This document shows, piece by piece, positions 53,770 to 63,955 of a stretch of DNA of 63,955 bases. The notes beneath the pieces were generated by a model, which was given only the letters and a program-made list of their open reading frames with translations, did no database searches and was not told where the DNA came from. Each line of letters begins with the position of its first letter. The first letter of the stretch is position 1. The stretch is taken from assembly GCF_001194135.2 (NCBI RefSeq), contig NC_068984.1:91339128-91403082 (forward strand), written 5' to 3'. Source of the DNA: Octopus bimaculoides (lineage: Eukaryota). A program made the position numbers and the translations under genes.

Positions 53770-55650
53770 AATTTCCACTGTATTTGGGGAGTGTGAATTA
53801 GTTTGCTCCGTTCTTTTGTAGAGATACCTAGCACTTCTAGATTTTTATGATCTAGATATGTTGTTAAGCAGTATACAAATGAAAATCTATAGCCTGGATA
53901 CAGATTTCTTATGAGTTCTTTTTAGATGTTCTTATCCCCAATTTTTGACTAGGTATTCACATCTTCTGGGCAGCTGATCCCTTCAACAGTGCCTGACTCC
54001 TTGTCCTGTACAACAATATCTGACCTGTTGTACTGCGACCTGGTTGCTGATTTTATTGGAATGTTCCACCTGTATTCTTTAGTTTAAAATTATGGATACC
54101 TTCTGGTTCTGATGTGCCTTTGGCATGGCCATCATGACAATCTTTCCTGTGTATAACATTGGAAACAATTTTATTAATAATGTCATGTCTCATAGGGAGA
54201 GAGTACATTGCAGACTTTGGGTAGCTGCTGCTGATATGAGTGGTACTTTCCACACTGGTATGGCACAAGTGAATATCACTGATGTTTAGGTTTAGAGACA
54301 TTCCGTATTTAGTAGTTATCTCCTGTTCTTTGACCATAAAGGTGTAGCCTTCTAGGTGAGATGTGATGTATTTATTGCAGTTCCAGGGTAAGCTATAATT
54401 CCTGTCATTGTTGTTGGTATCCTCTAAAATGTGAGATATATGCTCATGCATTACTTTCTATTAGTATTATGAATACTTCTCCTCCAAGTCTTTGTTTATG
54501 TTGGTCTGTTCAGCCACCTTTGGTTCACATTGAACCACTGTAACTTAGAGCACCTGTTTAGAAGTTCTTCAGTAATCTTAAAATGTTATTAAACTTTATA
54601 TTGAGTAAGCACTTGATGTACTAATTTCTCTCTATTGTTTTTTACTTTTTAAGTTACATGATGCTGCACTGAAAGGCTGTCTGGGCTAATTTTATGCCTC
54701 TACTTCCCCTTTCCATTTAACATAGATCCTGCCAGTGTTGCTGTTAATGTATGGCACTATGCACGTATTGTGGGATATGAGTTTATTGAATGAGGAACAG
54801 AGTTGGATGACGTCATCTAGTCTAAGTATACAATCTGCAGGTTTTGGTGGTGCTGATTTGCTTCATTAAGGGCAGTTTTGTTGATGAGGAGTTGTTCAGT
54901 ATAGCCCCAGCACCCCTTTTTACTTTCTGTCTGTGCTTCAGTCACTAACTTGTGTGTATTGCAGTGATCCAACCTATGTATAATTCAAGAACACTGTGGG
55001 CCTGTAGTTTCCGGTTTCATGCATCTTCTGATTTTTTAGCTACTAGTGTTTTAGGTGCAACTGCTAACCAGTCTGGTTTATCAATCTTAGCATTTGTTGT
55101 TCTTTTGAACAGATTAAAGAGGCCTAGTCTGTAGAATGTTAGCTTTCTATACAAATAAACTCCCTCCCAGGTGATTTTCTGTTTCTGTAGTCTTGCAACA
55201 ACCATCAAGAAAATTTTACTGTTGATATTTCACTATTGGTATAAATTTTGGGAAAGATGTTTACACAGTATTCACTCACTCATCTGGCCACATTACATAA
55301 CAGTTGTGTTGTTTGTTTACATCCCTGATAACCTCTCCAAAATGACTTTAGATAATCTTCGGGAGGAGCTTTTATGACCTTGATAGTATGGTCTTTCATA
55401 CATCAATACACTGCTTGTAAGTTTAGTACAAATTTAGATTTGACAGTCTTGCATTCTGGTAACTCTTTTAAATTGCAAAATGTTTTCACTTGCTGCTCAA
55501 GTTCATGTGTGTTGGGGTTGGGTGGGTACATGCATGCAATCATGTATGTTAGATCCTGCACAAGAGAAGCTTTAATTGATTTAAGATCTAAAATTTTTCT
55601 TCTCTGTTGTTGATTACCAGAAAAGTTTAATGTAATGAAAAGCAACTGTT
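53770..55650 (-). mobile_element. R4/NeSL-like non-LTR retrotransposon with restriction-like endonuclease, degraded and 5'-truncated
   Basis: Minus-strand motifs KKGCWGYTEQLLINKT..VYLD*..SVPHS (RT), EQEITTKY and LCHTSVESTTHISS.PK..LPMRHD (knuckle), and NRSDIVVQDK..EGISCPEDVN (PD-(D/E)xK-like). Confidence 0.8.
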
Positions 55651-55733
55651 TCTGCCATAGAAAATATTTTGATGTGTAAAGAAGACAAATTCTTCTCTTT
55701 TGGAATTAGTGAATATAAATGAAAAATAATATA

Positions 55734-55991
55734 AGAGTTATGCAGTAGCAGTATGATAAAGTGATGATTTGTTGCCAACTTAATGTGGCAATCCCAGGAA
55801 AGGGAAGAATGCTACTGCTATTTTAGCCCCAGGAAACACCATTTCTAGTTGTCTATGTGACACAAGCATTTTGTGTCCTTAAGTTTTCAAACAGAGGAGA
55901 TAAGCACTTCCACCCAACAAAGCCAGCATCCAGAGACTAGTTTCAGAGTCATTGTTCTTCATCAGTCTGGAGTAGCTTGGCTTTGCTAGCT
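55734..55991 (-). repeat. Hammerhead-containing tandem repeat (retrozyme-like), copy 1, partial unit
   Basis: Colinear with 57865-58107 and 62930-63089, and contains the intact ribozyme core. Confidence 0.85.
55915..55987 (-). ncRNA. Type I hammerhead ribozyme with minimal palindromic stem III
   Basis: Minus strand reads GCAAAGCCAAGCUAC-UCCAGA-CUGAUGA-AGAACAAUGACUCU-GAAAC-UA-GUC^-UCUGGA-UGCUGGCUUUGU. Stem I is UCCAGA/UCUGGA plus the AAAGCCA/UGGCUUU extension; stem II has only 3 clear bp. Predicted cleavage is between 55935 and 55934. Confidence 0.8.
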
Positions 55992-57747
55992 TGATTCTTT
56001 ATTACAGGCACAAGTTCTAATTACAGAGGGGACATACAAAGACATATGAAGGATCAATGAGAAATGAATAGAATTACAATGCAAATGAGATGGCCATTTC
56101 GCTTCCGCTGCGAGATGAAACCGTGGATTCCTTTTTCTTAAACTTCTACACAACCTCTAGCCTCGCACCGAGGCAAAACCGCGACCTCCCTTTTCGCTTT
56201 TGCCTTAGAATTACACACCTTTCACACAATTGTTCATACAAGATTTACTTCTTATTTTTCCTTTTCTTTTTAAAACTAAAGTTAACCAAATGTATAGTAC
56301 AATATTTTTTTACAAACATTTTGGAAACCTGTTCATTCAACAATTACAAAATTTACTTGTTTTTCCTTTTTTTTCCCATTAAAAGTTCAAACAAATATTT
56401 TCCTCAGTCACAGTCTTTACAAGATTACATCGACTTACCTCTTCTGTCTCTCACAATGCCTTTCACTTTTACAATCTTTTACATTGGGGTGTCCCATCTC
56501 ACTATAATTTTCTTTTTGTTTGTGTTTTACATGTTGTCTCTTTTTGTTTCTGTTTTCCTGCTGTTTTGTGTGTTCTTGTATTTTTGTCTCTAAGTCTGTG
56601 TGTTTGTTTGACAGTAACTTTATGTGTTTTGTCTGTGTGTCTCTGTCTTTATGTTTCCGTAATTCTGGGTTGTCTTGTTTCTGGTCTGAATGACTCTGTA
56701 CTTGTAATTCCTTTGCTGGTACTTTCACTGGTAAATTTTCTCCATTTCTCGTCGTGGGTTGGGTTTCTTCTTCCATTCCTTTAGTCTTTTTCAAGTCCAT
56801 TGTTGTCGGTGACTTTCTTCTCTCTTGTTTCCTGGGTTTTACCTCTGCAAAATTACCATCATATTCTGTTTTCTGCTTCTACTTTTTTTCCCACCACTAT
56901 ATCTTCCTGCACACTCTCTTCCACCATTTCCACTGCTGCTCTAGGGCATTTCCTTCTCATGTGCCCTCTTTCACTACACCCCTAACATTTTGGGGGGGTC
57001 TCCCCTCCAACATTACTCCCAGTTTTTCACCATTTGGTAATTCCAAAGTTTCCGCCATTTCATCGTAATATTTTGGGCTTATCACACAGATTATTTCAAT
57101 ACCATAGCCCCTTCAATTCAATTGTTGTGTTCTACTTATTATGCCAATCCTCAGGTCTTCTCCATTCTTCCTCAGCTCTGAATTAAACATTGTGGATATT
57201 ACCCATTCTGGGTCTATCAACGGTGGGATTCTTCCCACCTTGACCCTGACAATTCTTTTGCCCCAACAGTTCGGCATCAACGTCCATTTCTCTCCACGTA
57301 ACATCATGTTGCCGGATTTTTTCGCCTCCTCTTCTGAAAGGTTACTACTATAGTTCCATATCTTCTTCCTCTTGTAAAAAACATCTCTTCTCCCATGTTC
57401 ACAACCAACATTTCCTCTATCTCTTCCTGCGGCACGTGTTCTATTCTCCCATTTTCATTCGAAAATGTTCTGAATATTATCGTCTTGCTTTCCATTTTTC
57501 TTTTTTCCTCCTCTGGCAGGGTCATTTTTATGTTTGACCCTTTTTTCTTTACATTCTCACAACATTTAGTTATCTTCTCTTCATTCCACTCCATCATCTC
57601 CAGCTTCAGCACACATGGGTCCATGGCATCTCTACCTCCAGCAGCTTCTGCATAACTCTTCATTTCTTCAATTGTTTCACTTCCACCCAAAAATGGCAGC
57701 TTCGCTCAAAAATTTCACTTCAAATTCCTCAAAACAACAACAAAAAG
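55992..57747 (-). mobile_element. ORF1-only (half-L1-like) Tx1/L1-type non-LTR element with TSD
   Basis: Disrupted ORF1 from ~57690 with a CCHC knuckle C*GCSERGHMRRKC (56987-56946) and a basic tail; no EN or RT seen. The 3' end reads cctgtAATAAAgaatca. TSD gcttggctttgctagct (55975-55991) / gcttggcttgccagct (57748-57763). Confidence 0.75.
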
Positions 57748-58136
57748 GCTTGGCTTGCCAGCTGTCAGTGCTAAATCGCTGTTGAAAACTTATAGAATTT
57801 CAAGTGAAGTAAATTCACTGATCTACAAAATTAGAAAGATTGCATTTCTAAATCTCTCAGAGAGAGAGTTATGCAATAGCAGCATGATAAAGTAATGGTT
57901 TGTTACCAACTTAATGTGACAATCCCAGGAAAGGGAAGAATGCTACTGCTATTTAACCCCAAGAAACACTGTTTCTAGTTGGCTACATGACACAAGCATT
58001 CTGTGTCCTTAGGTTTTCAAACAGGGGAGATAAGCACCTCCACTCAGCAAAGCCAGCGTCCAGAGACTAGTTTCAGGGTAGTCTGGAGTAGCTTGGCTTT
58101 GCTAGCTTTCGGTGCTAAATCGCTGTTGAAAACTTA
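57748..58136 (-). repeat. Hammerhead-containing tandem repeat, copy 2 (one full unit plus start of next; ribozyme core deleted)
   Basis: 57748-57790 recurs at 58091-58136 (period 343 bp). The core region reads ccagactaccctgaaactagtc and lacks CUGAUGA and stem II. Confidence 0.85.
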
Positions 58137-58582
58137 AATGTAATATTCATTTGCTTAAAAAGACGAGAACTGCTAATACTGAAAAAATTTGGACAAAAAT
58201 TTTCTTGACAAAATGCTTGCTACTAAATGAACTTCTTTTAGAGATTTTGCAGAATTTGTTTATCTTTTAATATTTATTCAAATTTTTAAGTTGAAAAATG
58301 AAAAGTGCTTGAAGCTGTTCTCTTTGTAAAAATATGGCCTGAAATGACATGTTAATGCTGCAAAAATTATTAAATTAATATTGTCACAGCAGACTCAGAA
58401 ACAAGCAAGCAATGATGGATATACTGAAGTATTCAATGATTTAGCAAATTTGTTAGATACTTTCAGATGTATTAGGAAAGATTTAATTTCTGTGCTTCTT
58501 TTGAAATAAAGTAACTTGAATTATTTTTTCATATTTTGAACGTTTTAGCTTTTCCTAACACTTTCTTTTTTATTCTTTTTTG

Positions 58583-58923
58583 TATGCTTCAATCATTTGA
58601 CTGCACCCATGTTGGAGCACCACCTTTAGTCAAACAAATCGACCCCCGGACTTATTCTTTGTGAACCTAGTATTGTATTTTGCTGAACCACTAAGTTAAG
58701 GTCACATAAGCACACCAACATTGGTTGTCAAGTGATGGTGAGGGAACAGACACAGGCACACAAACATATACATATATACGAGTTTCTTTCAACTTCCGTC
58801 TACCAAATCCACTCACATGGTTTTGGTTGGCCCAAGGCTATAGTAGAAGATACCTGACTAAGTTGTCATGCAGTGGGACTAAACCCAGAACCATGTCGTT
58901 GAGATGCAAGCTTCTTACCACAC
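58583..58923 (-). mobile_element. tRNA-head SINE, near full length
   Basis: Reverse complement of the 58960-59430 copy; the two are head-to-head. Confidence 0.8.
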
Positions 58924-58959
58924 AATTTATCAGTTTAAAAAAAAAAATCTATCAAACTA

Positions 58960-59134
58960 TAGGCGTAGGAGTGGCTGTGTGGTAAGTAGCTTGCTTACGA
59001 ACTGCGTGGTTCCGGGTTCAGTCCCACTGCGTAGCACCTTGGGTAAGTGTCTTCTGCTATAGCCTTGGGCCAACCAAAGCCTTGTGAGTGGATTTGGTAG
59101 ACGGAAACTGAAAGAAGCCCGTCGTATGTATGTG

Positions 59135-59166
<32 letters not shown>

Positions 59167-59204
59167 TACACATATACATAGCCGAACCGCTATATACACA
59201 TACA

Positions 59205-59254
<50 letters not shown>

Positions 59255-59430
59255 NNNNNNNNNNGCTTGACAACCGATGCTGGTGTGTTTACGTCCCCGT
59301 AACTTAGCGGTTCGGCAAAAGAGAACGATACAATAAGTACTAGGCTTACAAAGAGTAAGTCCTAGGGTCGATTTGCTCGACTAAAGGCGGTGCTCCAGCA
59401 TGGCCACAGTCAATTGACTGAAACAAGTAA
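58960..59430 (+). mobile_element. tRNA-head SINE, full length, with internal microsatellite
   Basis: A box tggctgtgtgg (58972-58982), B box ggttcagtcc (59015-59024), CORE-like caccttgggtaagtgtc, internal (TA)/(CA)n, and a tail ending gactgaaacaagtaaa. Confidence 0.85.
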
Positions 59431-60339
59431 ACTAATAGTCATTTGGCAAGACTACTCTTGAAACAAGTCCTCAAAATGAATAACTTCTGTATTGTGCCCT
59501 TTGTTTTTGGATATTGTGTGAAGCAGCTGTTGGCCTGATGTCGATGCTGATGGTGAGTGCCTTAAGATCCAGCCTGCAAATATCTTTATAGCGTTATTGA
59601 TCATTCTTGATATTTATAAAACAAATTTTTGTTTTTAATGAAATGTAACCAGCTTTCATTCAGGGACATGCCCGATCCAACACAGTAATCACTATATGAA
59701 GGGCATAATTGGTTGACGCTTCCGATTTTGCATACATTAATAACTTTTTATCAGGTGAATTTCAATTTATGTCGTAAGTAGTGCATGTAAAAAGTGTCCA
59801 AACCTTTTTATTTTATTTTATTTTATAGTAGGAGCACAAGTTTCTGTCTTCGCTGTTGTATACAAATGGGAGCAGAATTCATAGTTTGTACTCCTTTAAA
59901 TCTTGATACGTTTCATTTAATTTCTTGTAACATGCTCAGTAAGTTTGTTTAATAAGCTAAATTTGGAAACCAATATATTAAACATGTATATAACGATTTC
60001 CTTCTTCGCACAAGATCAGATATTTTGGGAGGGGTTACAACTGAAATGATGGATAATTTTAATAAATTTCGGTTCTGTAATTGAAAGTAATTACGAACTG
60101 CAAACACATTTGTTTTTCTCTCGGCAATGAGTTAAACTGTCGTCCTTCTCAAACTGTATGCATCATCTCTACATTTAATTCCCTTGCTTGTCAGACGGGG
60201 TATATTAGTTAATAGTGCTATTTACAATACATAACGTCATGTGGGGGCGTCAGCAATTAAACTGTTAATATTTCTCCAGATTGTAGTCAAGCAAGGGATT
60301 ATTGTTGTTTTTTCATTTCCACCATGTTGATACTGATTT

Positions 60340-60500
60340 ACGTTCTCCCTCCCCCTAAATTTCCGCTGATATCAGTGTACGTTTCTTTCAGTTCTGAGCA
60401 CTTGATGGCGGTGAGGAGACGATGACATTCCGACTTCCTGCTTTCTTTTCACTCTAGGCCTTCTCTTCGCTTATCTGACTGGTGGGATTCTAGGTCACCG
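60340..60500 (+). promoter_or_regulatory. Candidate gene start: ATGGCG followed by a GTGAG donor in CpG-retaining sequence
   Basis: ATG at 60405, donor at 60411, and polypyrimidine-AG acceptors ending 60391 and 60457; elevated CpG across ~59.5-61.4 kb. Confidence 0.3.
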
Positions 60501-61974
60501 TGAATTTCTGTTTGCTATTTATAAATACACTTCAGCCTTTCTTTCTTTTTCTTAAATGTTAGCAGTGGACTGTAACAGTAGTATCTGTTAAGATATACGT
60601 GTTGCATAGAGTTGTTGGTTACTGTTAATTGATTTTTTATTTTTCTCCTTTCTGTGTTCTTTTTAGTCTTTTACTTCAGTAGAACATCTACTGAATTGTT
60701 CAAAACAGACTATAACATGTTGAGGCAAGGAGTTCTCTGGCACTCCTTTTCCTCACAGATGTTATTGCTAATAATAACGTTTGTATGTTAGGTCATTAAA
60801 TGCAACTGATATTTAGTGAATGAGAATTTGAACAAGCCTCGCTATGAACTCACGTTGTTAAAGAATTTATTGTTCAAGGATCCATTACAAGTTTCCACTT
60901 GTTTTGGTTTCACCGTGCCTCCTCTTTTTGTTAACATAAATGTTATAAACTTCACATTGTCACAGTAAATTTATTCACATAAGCGAAGTACACAGTAGTT
61001 GATCTTGTATGCTATATATATTTCAGTACTCTCACCGTAATGTGAATCGATTTTGTAAGCAAATATAATTCAATGCCTTACTATACGCAGACTTCAGCTA
61101 AAAATTACCTACTTTCTTGTCGTTTGTTTTATTGTAGGTTATATTTTGTTTGTTTTCCGTTTCTAAGAAACGGAACACCTGTCCCTCGAATGCCTATATC
61201 TCATGGGAAATTAACAGTACAGAACTTGGAGTCGGGTAGATGTAAAAAAATCGAAATTTTGTAGTTTAAGCGACAACATAGAGAAGTTTCTTCGTCGGCG
61301 GAGTACTTTATTAACTAAGTACAACTTGTTACATGTTCGAGCTATAATCGAGTACAACATGATACATTGTTAGTCGGCGGCCAAAGCCCGCACCACAACC
61401 AGCCTGACTTGGTGAGGAGAGTTCTTTATTCCTTTGACAATATGCAGTTTGCAAAGAAAATATCCGATTGACTCTGGCCGTAGCAAGACACCCATTTCTG
61501 TTCCTCTATCATACTTTAGCTTCTCAACTGGTATACAACTACCTCCCTCAATACCATGCCCTATTTAGTCGAGAGGTCTTGTCTTGCTGGTTACTTGATG
61601 ACCTCACTAGTAATGGTGTGAAGAAAAAAGAACTCAGTACTCTAAAGTGGTTCTATCAGGAAAAGCATCCAGCTATAGAAACCATGCCAAAACAAGCATT
61701 AGAGCTTGATGCAGTCTTTTGATCCTGTTGAACCACCCAACCTATGCCATCATGAAAGACAGATGTCACACTCCGGTCATGTTGGTAGATGAAAATTAAA
61801 ACAACAAAAGGATTGGAAGTGAGATGTTAAATGCAGGTAAACTGTAATGAGAGGTTTTGCTCTGCAGTAGCTGATATTTCAATCAAAATGAAACAGCAAA
61901 CTGTTATCATAAGTTTTATTTGATCTATATGTGTGTGCATATATACACATACGCGTGTGTGTGTCCTTGTCCTT

Positions 61975-62815
61975 GTTAACCTTTGCTCCTGTCACCGCTT
62001 CGTATCCTCGGAGAGCATCTTCTACACGAGGTAGTTGTGCTTCGTTAGACGTGATGAGGGTGATGTCGTCCGCATAAGCAGAAGTGAACTTAACACATCC
62101 AATCTCATTAGGGTTGCCACCTAACTTCTCCAGCCTCCGTAGCAATGGCTCCAGGGCCAAAACATACAGAATCGGAGACAAGGGACACCCTTGACGAACA
62201 GACTGCTTGATCAAAAATGGCTCCGTTAGGTAACCGTTTATCTGGACAGTGGACTTGATGCCGCTATACATAGCGGAGATCCACCCACGAAAGCCAGGAC
62301 CCAGCCCAGCCGCCTTGAGGACAGCCCCCAGGTATTGGTGGTCTACCCTATCGAATGCTTTACTTTGGTCTAAATGGACCAATGCCCCTCCTTTACCAGC
62401 TATTTTCCCTACCCTATCTAAGGTGTAGCGGAAAAGATGAAGATTGTCTTGGATCAACCTGCCTGGGAAGAAGCTTCCCTACAACAACCGTCAACCTTTT
62501 TACTAACACCTTGGCTGAAATCTTTAACTCTACGTTAAGTAGAGTTATGGGCTAATAGTTGTGAATGCTATCCCCCTTGCTTGGGTCTTTCTGGACTAGC
62601 GTCACTACTCCCCAACTTATAGAGCTGGGAATACTCCCATTCTGCTGCCAGTTTGCATAGACGCCAGCCAGGACATCCCCAAACAAGTCCGGTTTTAAAC
62701 AGTAAAACTCATAGAGCAGACCATCCAGTCCCCGAGACTTTTCCCCACCACACTCAGCCAGCACCTCTCTTACCTCTGCGGGAGTGATCGGCCCTTCACA
62801 GCATCCAGCTTCACT
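61975..62815 (-). mobile_element. Tx1/L1-clade LINE reverse transcriptase fragment, 5'-truncated, 3' end lost
   Basis: CEGPITPAEV..KSRGLDGL..NY*PITLLN..LDQSKAFDRVDH..VRQGCPLSP..AYADDIT..GAKVNKDK, with one stop and one frameshift. Confidence 0.9.
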
Positions 62816-63089
62816 CTTAGCTTGCTAGCTGTCTCTGCTTATTCGCCTTTGTAAACTTATAGAATTTCAAGTGAAATAAATTCACTGATCTACAAAATTA
62901 GAAATGTTGCATTTCTAAATCTCTCAGAGAGATTTATACAGTAGCAGCATGATAAAGTGATTGTTTGTTGCCTAGTGAATGTGGCAGTCCCAAGAAAAGG
63001 AACAATGTTACTGTTATTTAGTCTCAGGAAACATCATTTCCAGTTGGCTATGTGGCACAAGCATTCTGTGTCCTTAAGTTTCGAAACAG
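62816..63089 (-). repeat. Hammerhead-associated tandem repeat, copy 3 (partial, no core)
   Basis: aaacttatagaatttcaagtgaa..tcactgatctacaaaattagaaa..gcattctgtgtcctta is colinear with 57786-58025 and abuts the Tx1 RT fragment. Confidence 0.8.
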
Positions 63090-63609
63090 TACTTCTTGAT
63101 ACACAGTAAACATTTCAGTTGTTTTCGTTACGCAAGCGCCTGCACTATGAGCACCAACAATTTGACCTCTTTGAAAGTCTGAGAGATCTGTCATTTTAAT
63201 GAATTTTAATTACTTTTTTCTGATGATATCTGAAAAGAAACAGCAATTTTAGCAAAGCATATTAAGCAACACTAACAATAAATAAAAAATAACATAAAGA
63301 TAAAGAAGATTTTGATGGTTTTCTTGATATTTCAAAATTATGATGCTGTGATGCTAGGTGTTTCCATTATTTTGTCCAATGCTTGTATATATAGATGTCT
63401 ATACATATATGTATATATATCTGTCTACATATATATCTATATATATAGATCGCTAGCCACTACAGATTCTTTATTTTCTCTCCTTGTTTCCTTCTGTGTT
63501 CCTTTCTGTGGAAGAGCTTAGGCTTGAAACATTAAAGACTTTTTCACTTCCCAAGCGTTAAACTAATATAGCTGTTTGTTGTCTACACCACCTGTTTTTG
63601 TGAATTCTC

Positions 63610-63690
63610 CTCTCTATATATGTGTGTGTGTGTACACATATATATGTGTGTATGTGTAGATATATATATGTATATATATATATATGTGTG

Positions 63691-63745
<55 letters not shown>

Positions 63746-63816
63746 GTATTTATATATGTATGTCTACATATATATGCATATACGTATGTGTATGTCTATA
63801 TATGTATATGTATATT

Positions 63817-63853
<37 letters not shown>

Positions 63854-63955
63854 TTATGTATATATATGTATATATATATGTATGTATATATATGTATATA
63901 TATATGTATGTATATATATTTATATATATGTATATATATATGTATGTATATATAT
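63610..63955. repeat. Compound (TA)/(TG)/(TATG) microsatellite
   Basis: Directly visible and runs to the window end. Similar tracts flank most N gaps. Confidence 0.95.

Noticed and set aside
58104-58136. Resemblance to U4 snRNA (agcttt...ttgaaaactt)
   Set aside because: The spacing is far too short, there is no Sm site or remaining U4 sequence, and the segment belongs to the hammerhead repeat.
58960-59040. tRNA gene suggested by A and B boxes (also at 21690 and 17122)
   Set aside because: These continue into SINE body sequence and show no acceptor stem or full cloverleaf, so they are SINE heads.

Overview
This is AT-rich, repeat-dense eukaryotic DNA with ten N-gaps, mostly at (TA)n tracts. 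The SINE and RTE-tail repeat families suggest a coleoid cephalopod, most likely Octopus (inference, not a database match). No host protein-coding gene can be named. Nearly all recognisable coding sequence is transposon-derived: mariner and maT-like DNA transposons, two Ty3/Gypsy fragments, several RTE LINE pieces, two Penelope-like fragments, an R4/NeSL-like restriction-endonuclease LINE and two Tx1/L1-like pieces. The strongest signal is at 55.7-63.1 kb. A ~345-360 bp tandem repeat carries a type I hammerhead ribozyme on the minus strand (CUGAUGA...GAAAC-UA-GUC, palindromic stem III), so it looks like a retrozyme or Penelope pseudo-LTR. Two different Tx1-like LINE pieces, an ORF1-only element with a ~17-bp TSD and a 5'-truncated RT fragment, are joined to this repeat at the same position just upstream of the ribozyme core. 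This suggests a target-specific LINE that homes into hammerhead retrozymes. Other notable items are a TSD-flanked inverted (twin-priming-like) RTE insertion, a candidate 9-nt microexon, a ~290-bp inverted repeat, a 22-nt apparently templated insertion and three CpG-retaining promoter-like zones. All calls were made by eye; many boundaries are approximate.
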